Of a stretch of 64,000 nucleotides of DNA, positions 52,020-64,000 are shown one piece after another (positions within the stretch are counted from its first letter, which is position 1; the number at the start of each line of letters is the position of its first letter). The stretch is from Octopus vulgaris. Lineage: Eukaryota. The translations under genes and the position numbers were made by a program. The notes beneath the pieces are model-generated. The model ran no database searches, had not been told where the DNA came from, and saw only the letters and a program-made list of their open reading frames with translations. The stretch covers positions 18,290,001 through 18,354,000 of the forward strand of contig OX597822.1 of assembly GCA_951406725.2 (NCBI GenBank), given 5' to 3'.

Positions 52020-52805
52020 CACCCCAGAAGAAGAACATGGAGAAGAAGAAAAGGGAAAAGCTGCGGCTAGTAAATAGGGAGTGTTTGAGGGGAGAAGGTG
52101 GCTCTATGATGAATGTTGAAAGGCAAGCACAGATGTCTTGCTTTAGAGGAGATCCATGGCTCCTCCTAACATACATATAGATATATATAAGTAAGTGGGT
52201 GGGAGTAGTTGAGAAGGATTTAAAAGGAAGGTAGTGATGGAGGAACAAAAGTGATTCCAGAGAGAAGGTGGAGGTAATTGGAAAAGATGGGATCTAATAT
52301 GTGCTGATTACAGTAGCTGAGTAATACCGTAGATAGGGGAGTGATAGGATTAGAGGAAGAGAATTGGGGAATTGCTTGATGGGGCAGAAAGAGAGAGAGA
52401 GAGAGGGGAGTGAGGACATGGTCCTGCACATACAAATGTAACTGAGTGGTTTTAGAAAATCGATTTTGCTATGCCAGAAGGGTCTTCTTGAGCTCAGCAA
52501 AATACAATCATCTCGCCCTTTATCTCCTCTGTAAGTTTCGATATCTTTTAGATCAGCCTTTATCGCTTTGTCTGTCTTTCCTGGGTCACACTTTACCACA
52601 AGTTCCATTCACCTTCAATGATCAGCAATTCTTTGTGTAGCTGTCCTCGTCCATAAGCATCCCATGACCAAACTAGCATAATTTTCTCTCAATGCATACA
52701 ACATCTGATTACTCTTCTGCCTAACTCTTCTCTCGATTCATTAGCACTTGCTTCTACATACACACTGACATTGCATATCCAATGCAGCATGCTGGCTTCT
52801 TCATT
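52020..52805 (-). mobile_element. Further RTE fragment (ORF end at 52600-52805 plus probable pyrimidine-rich 3' UTR)
   Basis: agctgtcctcgtccat..cacactgacattgcatatcca is homologous to 50095-50235 and 62100-62245. Confidence 0.6.
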
Positions 52806-53959
52806 CCTCTGGTTGTGTGTGTGTGTGTTATTTATAAAAGTGTGTACGTTCTAAAGAACAGCATCCTTTCTCTTTTTTTTTTTTCCAAACACCAGTCATG
52901 TATGTTTGAGTCTGAAAGATTGCTCGGAAGCATACAACGTACTGTACAAGCTTGCCTGGGCATTGCGTTTTCACAGCATGAAACTAATATAGGCTTGAAA
53001 TGTTAAAAACTTTTTCACTTCCCAAGTGTTATACTAATACATCTGTTTGTTGTCTACACCACCTGTCTTCGTCTTTTGTTTTTTTTGTGAATTCTCCCTA
53101 TATATATATACTAGCAGAATTGCCCGGCGATGCTCGGGGCTGAATTGCTTGAAAGTACTGTTAATGATTGCACTGAATTATGATGATTATTCAGGCAAAT
53201 ATCGATATAAGTTTACGGCAAATGAATGTATTTGTAAGTGTATAGAAAGCCATGTAAAGGGGTTCCTACCCCCTCGTAGAATGGTGTAAGAATTGAATGT
53301 GAGGTTGCCTTGAAAAGAGCCATGTTGTTGTTCTCATAATTGTAAGAATTTGATAGTCATGGAAGGCGGTGTAAAACGTTCGCAGATGAATAGGGTCTCT
53401 TCGTTTTCCACGAACGGCAGCGGATGTGCTGTTACAAAACTTCATGCTGTGTTAAAAGAGAATGGATGCCCTATGTAGGCAGGAGGGGAATGAAGCATGG
53501 GTAAGTAAATATGGGTAATTTATAAAATGTAGAACAATAGTATCTACTCACCATATGTCAGACCGGCAAGACTGTAGTGGTGCTGAATAGATGAATCACA
53601 ACACAGTGGTGGAGATGTTTTCATTGATGGGCGTTATGATTAAATTTGTTGTTGTATAAAATGATCTGTTGCTTAGTTTCCAAAGTGTATGTTGCGATCG
53701 TGTTGTCACTTATGTAAACTTTAACAGTGAGAGTGTAGATGTAGGGGGTAGATGTGTCATGTACGTTGGATATAGAAGATGAGGCTGGTGGTTTGATGAT
53801 GAATGGATAGAAATAGAGGTGAGCGAAGGACAGGTGTTGGTTAAGTGTGAATTAATGTCATGAAACGCCTAAAAATGTAAATGCCATCATAAAAGAAATA
53901 CTAATGTGTTCGAAAATGATGAAGTGAAATACTAATGTGTTCGAAAATGATGAAACGTA

Positions 53960-55200
53960 GTAATCCTATAAAACCTCCTTGTACACAATGTTTTTTGTTT
54001 TTCGTTGTGGAACAAATGCAAAAGCATCACTGTTGCTGCTGACACGCGAGCAGGCAACATAAAGCTGACCATGAGAGAAACATGGCTCTCCCAAATGTAT
54101 TCCCGCCACAGACAGTTTGACCCTGCGCTTTGTTAATTGACATTGCGAAACATGGCCTTACTGGGAACTGGGACCTCCGAAATATGAAAGGTAGACCTGC
54201 TCCTGATGGGAAAAGATGCATCCTAGGTATGAGCACAACGTTGCCTCGACCGCACCCTGTGATAATGGTGGCGTCAATCAGATTGGGAGATAAGGACTTA
54301 ACGATCAAACGTGTGCCATTGCATTGTTTTGGGGGAACCAAATTTCTAATGAGCATTATAGGGGCACCAACTTTAAGTTTGAGAATGTGTGGTGGTAGTC
54401 CGGGGGGCTCAAAGGAAATGAGTACCTCTATTGGATAGTTGATGATGTCCTCTGGGTCAGGAGTTGTATCGATAGACTTATATACATAGACATCCCCAGG
54501 AATGAGTTTTAGCATTTCATCAGTAATATGGTGAACAGTTTTATTCCTCGGGGCCAGAATAGCCCTTTGGCCAATCCAATCCATTTTCTGATAATTAGCT
54601 TGTAGATCTGGGAACACTGCATCTCTGAGATCAGAAGGCGTTTTAACAATGGTACAAATGGAATCGATAGCAATATTACCATTTTCATCCCCTGGTATTT
54701 GGCCTTCACCAAGTGCAAGGAGGGTGTGAGAAAATGCTGCTGATGTGATATCACGTTGCATATGAGCATGCATATTGGTGTGAAGTTTGAGAGTCTTCAC
54801 CAGTGGCCACAATGTGGATGACTGAAGACATGCACTTACTGCATCAGCTCTAGTCCCTTTGGGAATAACAGGAAGTGTTTGTCGGAAGTCCCCTGAAAGA
54901 AGAAGTGTTATGCCTCCCATGGGAGTTGAAGAGTGTTTGATGTCTATGAGAGATCTATCTAGTGTCTCAAGAGCACCTCTGTGGGCCATCGTGCATTCAT
55001 CCCAAACGATAAGCTTGCACCGTCTGAAGACTTCTGCCTGATCGGAGCTGTTACTGATGTTGCAAGTTGGTTCTCAGTCTTCGCTAAGTCAAGCGGGAGC
55101 TTGAAAGTGGAGTGAGCTGTCCTGCCACCTGGCAACAAAGTAGCCGCAATTCCAGATGATGCCACAGCTAGGGCAATGCCAGAGCAGTTGAGCTTGGCGC
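53960..55200 (-). pseudogene. Helitron RepHel PIF1-family helicase fragment (frameshifted, Walker A and Rep domain absent)
   Basis: AVASSGIAATLLPGGRTAHSTFKLP, LLLSGDFRQTLPVIP, AILAPRN, LKLKVGAPIMLIRNL..CNGTRL, and QFPVRPCFAMSINKAQGQT. Confidence 0.93.
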
Positions 55201-55349
55201 TGAAGGGGACAATGTTTTTGAGATTCCGGTTTGAATGTAAGGCAGGTTTGAAAGTGTTCCCAACAGTTATTAGTTGTAGTGGTAGAGTGTTTATGCCGAA
55301 TATGTACATATGCATGTATATATATGTATGTATGCCTGTATATATGTAC

Positions 55350-55484
55350 AAAATCTACTGAGAAGGCTTTTGTTGGTCTGAAGCTACAGCAGAAGACACA
55401 TGCCAAGTCACCACACAGTGGGACTGAACCCAGGACCATGTGTTTGGAACGTAGTTTGTTACCACACAGCCACACCTGCCCCTA
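55350..55484 (-). mobile_element. SINE family A head inside the Helitron
   Basis: ggcaggtgtggctgtgtggtaac..ctgggttcagtcccactgtgtgg; also present at 26740-26798. Confidence 0.85.
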
Positions 55485-56634
55485 TGTATGTGTGTGCATG
55501 TGTGTGTGCATATGTGTGTATGGGTAGATATATTATGCATGTATATATGTGTACATATTACATGTACATCTATATATATACATCTACACATAAAATACAA
55601 AATACAAAGTTATATCTTGATATCGCTAGTGATAGCAATACTCAAAATATATAACAGACTGGAATTGTAGGCCCATCTCTTGCAATTTCGATCAATTGGA
55701 TCTTGTCCTCCCTCTTATATAGAAGTGTACGGCTGCAGCAAAATTCAGTTTTGGACTTTCTTCTATCGAAGGCATTTTAACAAAAATGCTTCCGTAAAGA
55801 CGGTGAAAATATTGTCAATTTCCCCAAACAGGGACACAATTCAATTTTGAAACAATAACCAAAGCCCCTTCTCCGAAAGGGGGAGGGTAACGGTTTACAA
55901 TTATTTAACAAATGCAACACAACAACGTTTCCCTGACGAGCAACCAACAAACGTGATTACAATAGTCAAACAGTAATAATAATAACAACAAACCGTTTTA
56001 ATTTATCCCCATTTATGTGAACCCACTTATTCAAGTTGAAGTCATTGATGCAATTTTATACGAATTGCTAATACACACACACACACACACACACATAATA
56101 AGGGTTAAAAATTGAATATTAATTTGATTAATATGAATTGAAAACCAGTGGTGTAGCATATAAGACATTAGCGGGTCTTCCTCTAGCAAAAAGGACGACC
56201 ACTATTAATGGCTCATCCCTGTTATATAATACTTTCACTTTAACAGTTTCACACTTGCAAAGAGAAAGTAGGAGAAAGTGTGGTGGTAATGGAAGGAGTG
56301 AAGCACTTGAAATGAGAAAGGCAAATCGTAAAATATTGAGTTTTCTCGAATTTTTGCTTAATTGGGGGTCAAATTGAAAAAAACTTTACATGCCATGACC
56401 CAATCGAATCTACTTGGAAAAATCATAGGTAAATTCCAATTGAAGAAATTCTATATTGTAGAATTGTATTAAAAAGAAACATGGGAACAGGCAGAGAAAA
56501 TCTGCCTTTTATCATAAGAGATAAGATATATATATATATATATAAATATAAGAGGCTTCCAAATATATACATATATATTTATATATATATCTATGTATGT
56601 ATATATACACATACAGTATGTGTGTGTGTGTATG

Positions 56635-56666
<32 letters not shown>

Positions 56667-58155
56667 TGGATGGATGGATATAAATTTGGTCAATAATTTA
56701 TATTTTATGATAATTAATTAACTTTTCAAAAATTTTTTTGAATAGTGAAAAATCTTTACATGAAGAAAAATAATTATTGATTTATAGTTTTAATGTCAAA
56801 CTATTTATTGTAGGAAAATGTTTCCATAAATTTCTTCTTTGACATCGAAGAACTCTCGTTATTAACCTCTTTGATGCAGGTTTAGTTTATTTAGACAAGA
56901 TTACTTCAGATTTATTTAGTTATTAATTATTATTGTTGTTCTTGTTGTAATGTTCATTGTTAACTGTTGCTCTCTTCTGATGGGTTGCTGACTAGTATCG
57001 GGAGGGGGGGTGATTTTATGTAATGATTCACTTCCTCCTCCTGCCACTCACTTTCTTTTAAACTGTTGTGATTGTTTTACAGAATTTTGATCTTTCTCTG
57101 TTTTCTTTTTTTTTGTTTTGTTTTAAATTTTTGTAAGTATTACAGGAAATGAAATTCAAAACATTTATAGATGAAAACAGGGGTAAGGGGAAGAGAAAAG
57201 CAGAAAAACCAATGTGCATTAAGTACTAATATTCCCATATTTGATATTCCATTTCAAAGGTCATGAAATGCTATTGTCCAATGTAACAACATAATCACTT
57301 TTAAGTTCATTTTCGGTGCATCATTCTCAAATCATTCTTGCTAAGTAATACATTTGCTATTGTCTCTTTCAACTTCCTTCCCTCTCCTTCTCTCTCTCCC
57401 CTCTCTCTTTCTATTTTTATTATCATTTTTTTTTTCTTTTTTGTCTATGTTTACCTTGTCTGTATATTACACCATTGTTCTGATTTTGTTATGATAAGCA
57501 GACAGTGGTGAGTTATGAGACAGAACTGTGCAGCCATTGTCTGTGGGGGATTTTAATTTTAATTTTAAACTTTCTTTTCTCACCATCAGTGACAGATTTA
57601 CAACTTGTCTGATGTGATAAGCTGTTGAAACACTGAGCAAAAGACAGGTGTGCCAGATCAATTTCTTCAAAAGTCGTTCAGTTTTCCAAAAAATAAATGA
57701 TTAGGTTAGAAAGCTAGGCCCCAAAGAGAAAATTTTACCTAATAAGTTTTATGCACACACACAGATATATACATGTAATATTTTGGACTGAGTATACATC
57801 AGTTATTGTGCTAATGTGTTGATTAAAGCACTGGCACAGTTTTCGCTGTGTCTCTCCCCAACTCTCTACCCCACTCTCTCATTTGCATGTCTGTTGTTCT
57901 CAGTGTTTCTAAGGCTTTTATTTTCTAATAACCATCTCCTCAGTGATATTCACAATCGTTGCCACAGTCAGATGAGTAACATCATAGGATTAAAGTGTTC
58001 ACACTTTAAATGCATTGAAAAACTATATTGATTTTATTCCCCATGGCTAATGAGAGGTGTTCTTTGTTTAATTATATTTCTTTGCCATTAATCATTCGTA
58101 AGTCCCATTTTGATTTTCACACTCTCTCTCTTGTTTCCCCCTTTCTGTGTATGTG

Positions 58156-58213
<58 letters not shown>

Positions 58214-58223
58214 ATTCTATCTA

Positions 58224-58306
<83 letters not shown>

Positions 58307-58340
58307 ACCATATATATATATATATATGTGTGTGTGTGTT
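58156..58340. repeat. (TCTA)n-(TA)n-(TG)n compound microsatellite
   Basis: Direct reading. Confidence 0.95.
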
Positions 58341-58647
58341 AATATCAAATGATGAGAAAGAGTGCTCAACACTGCATTGGTGGATAACAATTCTTTATCT
58401 ATGGGTTAACGTATCATAGGTTTCATGTTAAGAGAGAAATCTCTCTTGGATGAAAACATCCAAGATGGAGACAAGCACCAATATTCCATGTGACAGGCTT
58501 GATATGTGTATATATATATGTGTATGCAAAAATGATGATGATGACAATATATGTGTATCTATCATCATCATCATTTAACGTCCGTTTTCCATGCTAGCAT
58601 GGGTTTGACTGGGGTCTGAGAAGCCAGAAGGCTGCACCAGGCTCCAG

Positions 58648-58682
<35 letters not shown>

Positions 58683-58690
58683 TACACACA

Positions 58691-59955
58691 TGGGGTGCGG
58701 TGAATAAATTGACGTCTAAATAAAGCAAAAAGGAAAATAACACTGACTTCTCATTTTAACAGATATATTTACCAAAATCACATAAAAATATCTTGAAGTA
58801 CTAATGAGTAAATTTAGTCAATAAAATTGCCATTGGCTTCAACCACAGTCTCTGGATGGCTTTGGAATCTCATGCAACTCTTGTGGACGGTCTCCTTGTT
58901 TAAGTTGGTGAATGCTGCCATAATCCTTGGCTTCAGTTCATCTTTGGTGTTACAAGGAGTTGTAACATAATAATCACGGGGGTTGCAATCTGGGGAGTTA
59001 GGTGACCAGATGTTAGGGGTGATGTGGTCACAGAACTTATCTGACAGCCATGACTGGGTTCTCCTGCTTGTGTGGCATGGTGCAGAGTCCTGTTGCCAGA
59101 CATAGGGTCTTCCAGCAGTCTCCCTCTTGACCCAGGGCAGCACTACCTCCGCCAGGCACTTAATGTAGGCCTCTATGTTGAGTTTCAGGCCATGTGGGAA
59201 AATGAATGGAGGCATAACATCACCATCACTAGTCATCACACCAAACACCATGATGTTGACTGGATGTTTGATTTTTATCACTCTTGGTATATGTTTTGGG
59301 GACACAGCAAGCCAACGGTTGTTCTGCATGTTAGCTATCTGATTCTAGCAGAAATTTTTCTTGTCTGAGAAAAACCAAAGCATGTTTGGTTCCGGAGGGG
59401 ATGCTTGAATTGGTTGAAAAGCTTCATAGCTTGGTCTTTCCTATTGTTCTCGATGGCTTGGGATAAAAATTGGTCCTTTCTCATCTTGTATGAGGAATAC
59501 CAAATGTCTTCATGCACTACTTGCCTGATAAGAAACTCAGACACTCCCATGTCCCTGGTGATGGACCTGATTGACTTGGACAGATCATTGTCAATCATGG
59601 CCTGGATCTCACCAACAATTTCAGGAGTTCTTTTTTTTTCAGAATGATCAGAGTGAGTTTTCCAAGCTTCCCTACCTTTGTTAATCACCATTAGACTCAT
59701 CCAACTCTTTCAAATTCCTCTGCACTGTCCACAGATTGATATCCAAACACTCTGAAATGTTCGTATTGGAGCTTCCAGTATGAATGCCAAGCAGTATAGC
59801 ATGTCGTTTTCAAATTTCTGGCAGAGTGAATTGCATCATGGTGCTACGTTTCTTACGGGTGGTGCCAACTGACCCTACTGTACTGTGTAGTTGACAAAAT
59901 CAAAAACAAACAATGCACAAAATTAAAATGGCGACAATTTCCCCATCACATCCTG
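58691..59955 (-). mobile_element. Full-length but inactive DD37D (maT) Tc1/mariner transposon
   Basis: LWFFSDKKNF, MVFGVM, and QQDSAPCH..SPDCNPRDY with 37 residues between the second and third D; degenerate ~30-bp TIRs; stops and frameshifts between ATG 59839 and stop 58814. Confidence 0.9.
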
Positions 59956-61019
59956 TATATATACACACACACAACACACACACACATACACACACACAAG
60001 GATTACCATAGGTCAGTTACAACTTTATTTAGTTGATAATTTACTGATATTCAACAAGGTTCTTACCTTGAAAAAGGAACCTTTTAAAATAACATAATGC
60101 ATAAATTTAACCCAAGTAAATAACATGATAGAGAATCTTCACAAGAAGCACAAACTTGTCCTTGTAATTCATTCTGGCAAATCTCACCATAAGAAGGCAC
60201 AGCCTCTGTCTTCTAACTAAATTATGTATTAAATAGTAGTCCCACTTCCATATATCTCTTCCTTCTCCTCCTCCTCATTATTATTTTAAATGTCCCCTTT
60301 TCCATGCTTACATGGGTTACACGGAATTCGTTATTAAAGTAGATTTTCTGAGCCCTTTTTTTCTCCCCAACCCTTACCTGTTTCCAGGCAAGGCAGTATT
60401 TCTTCATGATGACATGATTTCACAATGACAGGAAATATACATACATGACAGGCTTCTGTCAGTTTCTATCTACCAAATCCACTGGCAAGGCTTCGGCAGT
60501 CTAAAGCTATAGTAGAAGATACTTGTCCAAGGGGTCTTGATGTGGGACTGAACCTGAAACCATGTTAGGAAGCAAATTTAGTCATGGAATTACAGCAACG
60601 TGTGAAGGGATGCACCATTTGAAGTACACTGCCAGCCACATCAATATTATCTCTCTTTAAATAATTACTTTTGTTATATTTCAAACAAACACAAACATTA
60701 GAGTTAATTGCTTCAATTAAATATATTTAATGAAATATCATTAATTTATGTTTGACTTAAGAATCTTTTGATGTGGATTTGGCATTTGGTTAGTTTTTGC
60801 ATAAAGGCATTGTCTGTAAATTGTTTGGAAATGTTCTCCAAATATTAGAGAATATACATGAAAATTTCAATAATATTAATTATTTCTGTCTTCATGTCAC
60901 ACATTGGATTTTATGAATACATATCCCTGTTTTGGGAATAGGTACCCAACATAGCTCCATTTTGTTGATGACAGTGAAAAATGTTGGCATCAGGAAGGAC
61001 ATCCAGCCTCCATCAAACA

Positions 61020-61063
61020 TATACGCACACACACATACACTATACACAGACACAGACACACAG

Positions 61064-61097
<34 letters not shown>

Positions 61098-61109
61098 ACA
61101 CACACACGT

Positions 61110-61144
<35 letters not shown>
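61020..61144. repeat. (CA)n-rich microsatellite
   Basis: Direct reading. Confidence 0.9.
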
Positions 61145-61452
61145 GAGCTTAATGTCAATCATATCAATGGCCATGATTTGAATTTTCATGTGAAGTTTGT
61201 GTTCCACACTCTGAATAAACACTTTTTATGACTTCCACAGCAGCCATTTCTTTGGCCGTGTGGGGCAATACTACTTTCACACAAAACTCACTCATGGCCA
61301 CCAGAATTAAACTAAATAATTCACCCTTATTATATTCATAGTTGAATGTTCTTTGGTTTTTGACTTAGAGTCGCTACTATTCATGTGTGTATGCGTGAGC
61401 ATATATATGAATGTATTTATATATATATATACACCTACATATATATATATAT

Positions 61453-62790
61453 ATCATCATCATAGTCATTTAACGTTTGCTTTCCATGCTGCCATGGGTT
61501 GGACGGTTTGACTGAGGGCTGGTGAGCCAGTAGACTGCATCAGGCTCCAATCTGATCTGGCAAAGTTTCTACAGCTTGATGCCCTTCCTAAATCCAACCA
61601 CTCCAAGAGTGCAGTAGGTGCTTTAACATGCCACCGGTACAAGAGCCAGTCAGGCTGTACTGACATCAACCACACTTAAACGGTGCTTTTTTTGTGCCAC
61701 CTGCACAGGAGCCAGTTAGGCAACACTGTCAACAATCATGCTCGAATGGTGCTTTTAACATTCCACTGGCACAGGTGCCAGTCAGGCAGTACTGTCATCG
61801 GCCATGACAATGATTTCTCTTGCCTTAACAGGTCTTCGCAAGCAGACACTATTGCCCAATGTTTGAATGGTACTCTTAAATTGGCCAGTTATGCAGCACT
61901 GGCATAGGCCACAGTTACAGTCTCACTTGGCTTGCCAGGGCTTCTCAAGCACAGCATATTTCCAAAGGTCTTGGTCACTTGTCATTGTCTCGGAGAGGCC
62001 CAATGTTTGAAGGTCATGCTTCACCACCTCATCCCAGGTCTTCTTGGGTCTACCTCTTCCACAGGTTCCCTCAACCACTAGGGTGTGACACTTTTTCACA
62101 CAGCTGTCCTCATCCATTCTCGCCACATGACCATACCAGTGCAGTCGTCTCTCTTGCACACCACATCTGATGTTTCTTATGTCAAACTTTTCTCTCAGGG
62201 TGCTTACACTCTGTCGAGTATGCACACTAACATTACATATCCATCAGAGCATACTGGCTTCATTCCTCGCAAGCTTACACATGTCCTCAGCAGTCACAGC
62301 CCATGTTTCACTGCCACATAGCATGGCTGTTTGCACACATGCATCATACAGTCTACCTTTTACTCTGAGCAAGTGGCCTTTTGTCACCAGCAGAGGTAGG
62401 AGCTCTCTGAAATTTGCCCAGGCTATTCATATTCTAGTAGCACCACTTTCAGAGCATGTACCCCTGCTACTGACTTGGTCACCTAGGTAATGGAAGCTAT
62501 CAACTACTTATAGCCTTTCCCCCTGGAATGTGACGGAAGCTGTTCTCTGCACATTTTCAGTGTTTATTGCTCCTGAGCATCTGCCACACAGAAACTATTT
62601 TCCTAGTTAGCCTTCCTTTGATATTGCTGCACCTCTTATGTGTCCATAGCTTACACTGGGTGCATCTTATGGAGTTTCACCCTACACCTTTTCTACAGAT
62701 CGAGCAGGGCCATCTACCTGATGGGATTTGTGATTTGTCAGCCTTACTACTTAGACTTAGGTCTTTGCTAGGTTGACTCTAAGGCCTTTT
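61453..62790 (-). mobile_element. RTE LINE 3' 1.3 kb
   Basis: QERRLHWYGHVARMDEDSCVKKC..GRGRPKKTWDEVVKHDL, upstream Cys/His finger, 3' UTR repeats and (GAT)n tail. Confidence 0.92.
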
Positions 62791-64000
62791 TCGATACAAC
62801 ATAGATTCACATATACACAGGATTTAAATTAAGCTACGGTTTACCTGTATAATGGGATTCATTTGTATCTCCTCGGGTGTGTAGTGTTTGTTAAAAAACT
62901 GTCTAACCATACTCCTTCTTGTTGACTATTTTTTTCAATTTTACTTTCACACTCAATGAATACCTAAACCTGAACTTGGAAGCATAATGTAAGACTACTG
63001 GCTGTTTGCTAATTCTAAGGGTAAACGAGCTCTATTTTGTACTCTACTGTGTTCCTAATGGAATACACCTTGAATATATATATATATATATATATGCATG
63101 TATATCTGTATAAAGTGTGTGTGTGTGTGAGTGTATACGCACATGCATGCATGTAATATATGAGATACTGTGTTGACATGCATCCGTTTGCGAAGAGTGC
63201 ACTAAATGCAAAATAGTCTATGCCGTTATTTGTTCACATCATGGTTTGAAACAGAAATTTCAAAAACAAACAAAACAACAAAGCCTAACACCAAGTAATC
63301 TGAATGTCCTTTGTTCTTGCTTATTCCCTAATATTAAAGAAATTTCAATGCTCAGTTCACCAAGGAACCTGAGTTTATTTCTCAATTTATTAAATGTTAG
63401 TAAGAACAAAAGTCTTCCAACAGTGATATTCCCATCTCCTTTATTAAATCAGAATTTTGTTCTTTCCATTTCATTTTTTTTTTTTTTCAAATATAACCAT
63501 CCTGTATTTTTTGTGTGGATTCAAACCTTTTTGTTTTATTTTTTTGTTTTTTTGCTTTAATAAGAATGAAAGCCTTCCAACTGTGACTGTCTCATTTCTT
63601 TCAAAAATTAATATCATCTCAGAAACAATATAAATAAAAAACTTTAAAATGTAATATAATTTTTTATAAAAGAAATTAATGTTATTATTGCAGAATAATA
63701 GAATTCAAAAAAATAAATACAAATTATGAAGAATCACAAGAGAATTCCCTGTTTCCATCTGTAAGAACATATAGAACCATAGGGTTTACAATAAATAGCA
63801 AACGATGTTGGTACTAAGAAATATTTCATTGTACCTGTTCTCAAACAGAAGCATATTAGAACCTCTGATAATAGTACTAACTGATAATGGTACCAACAGA
63901 TAATTTCAGGTGGGTGGACTGCATGAATAAAACTGCCAGGTCAGTTTGCTTTGGTAATCTCATCAGGAAAAATTCATTACATATTTTTATTGACTGTTAA

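Larger units (their letters stand above)
53111..56526 (-). mobile_element. Helitron deletion derivative, 3.4 kb, with both termini
   Basis: Minus strand starts a|TCttatctcttatgataaaaggc and ends in hairpin gccccg-agcatcg-ccgggc, aattctg, CTAG|t. It sits in (TA)n with no TSD and carries a PIF1 helicase remnant. Confidence 0.92.

Noticed and set aside
53895-53954. 31-bp tandem duplication in the Helitron 3' region
   Set aside because: Real, but an ordinary slippage duplication with no further structure.
54027-54989. Host PIF1 helicase gene
   Set aside because: Intronless, frameshifted, lacks Walker A and is enclosed by Helitron termini.
63860-63975. Minus-strand CTGATGAG..GAAA with 16-bp tandem repeats
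   Set aside because: Stems I and II are not convincing; at most a degenerate relic near the window edge.

Overview
AT-rich, microsatellite-laden eukaryotic DNA with no recognisable host gene, tRNA, rRNA or CRISPR array. Most ORFs in the track are (TA)n/(CA)n/(GA)n artefacts. The repeat set resembles Octopus (cephalopod) genomes; this is recognition by eye, and no search was run. The window is a layered transposon landscape. Retroelements: tRNA-derived SINEs, two kinds of RTE LINE (one young, GC-rich, frame-intact fragment at 38.1-38.8 kb), a Tx1/L1-type LINE derivative with a zinc-knuckle ORF1 (16.5-19.3 kb), and Penelope-like remnants (GIY-YIG fragment and pseudo-LTRs). DNA transposons: a 3.4-kb Helitron with PIF1-helicase remnant and both termini (53.1-56.5 kb), an inverted partial copy of it at 25.8-26.8 kb, a 1-kb non-autonomous Helitron, a DD37D (maT) element, mariner derivatives including a foldback of two 5' ends, and a decayed hAT. 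The most striking structural signal is a near-canonical type I hammerhead ribozyme at 41250-41300 in a TATA-HHR-AATAAA module, next to a 317-bp direct-repeat element. CpG decay in repeat copies hints that the region is methylated, possibly an intron. Boundaries of decayed elements are approximate.
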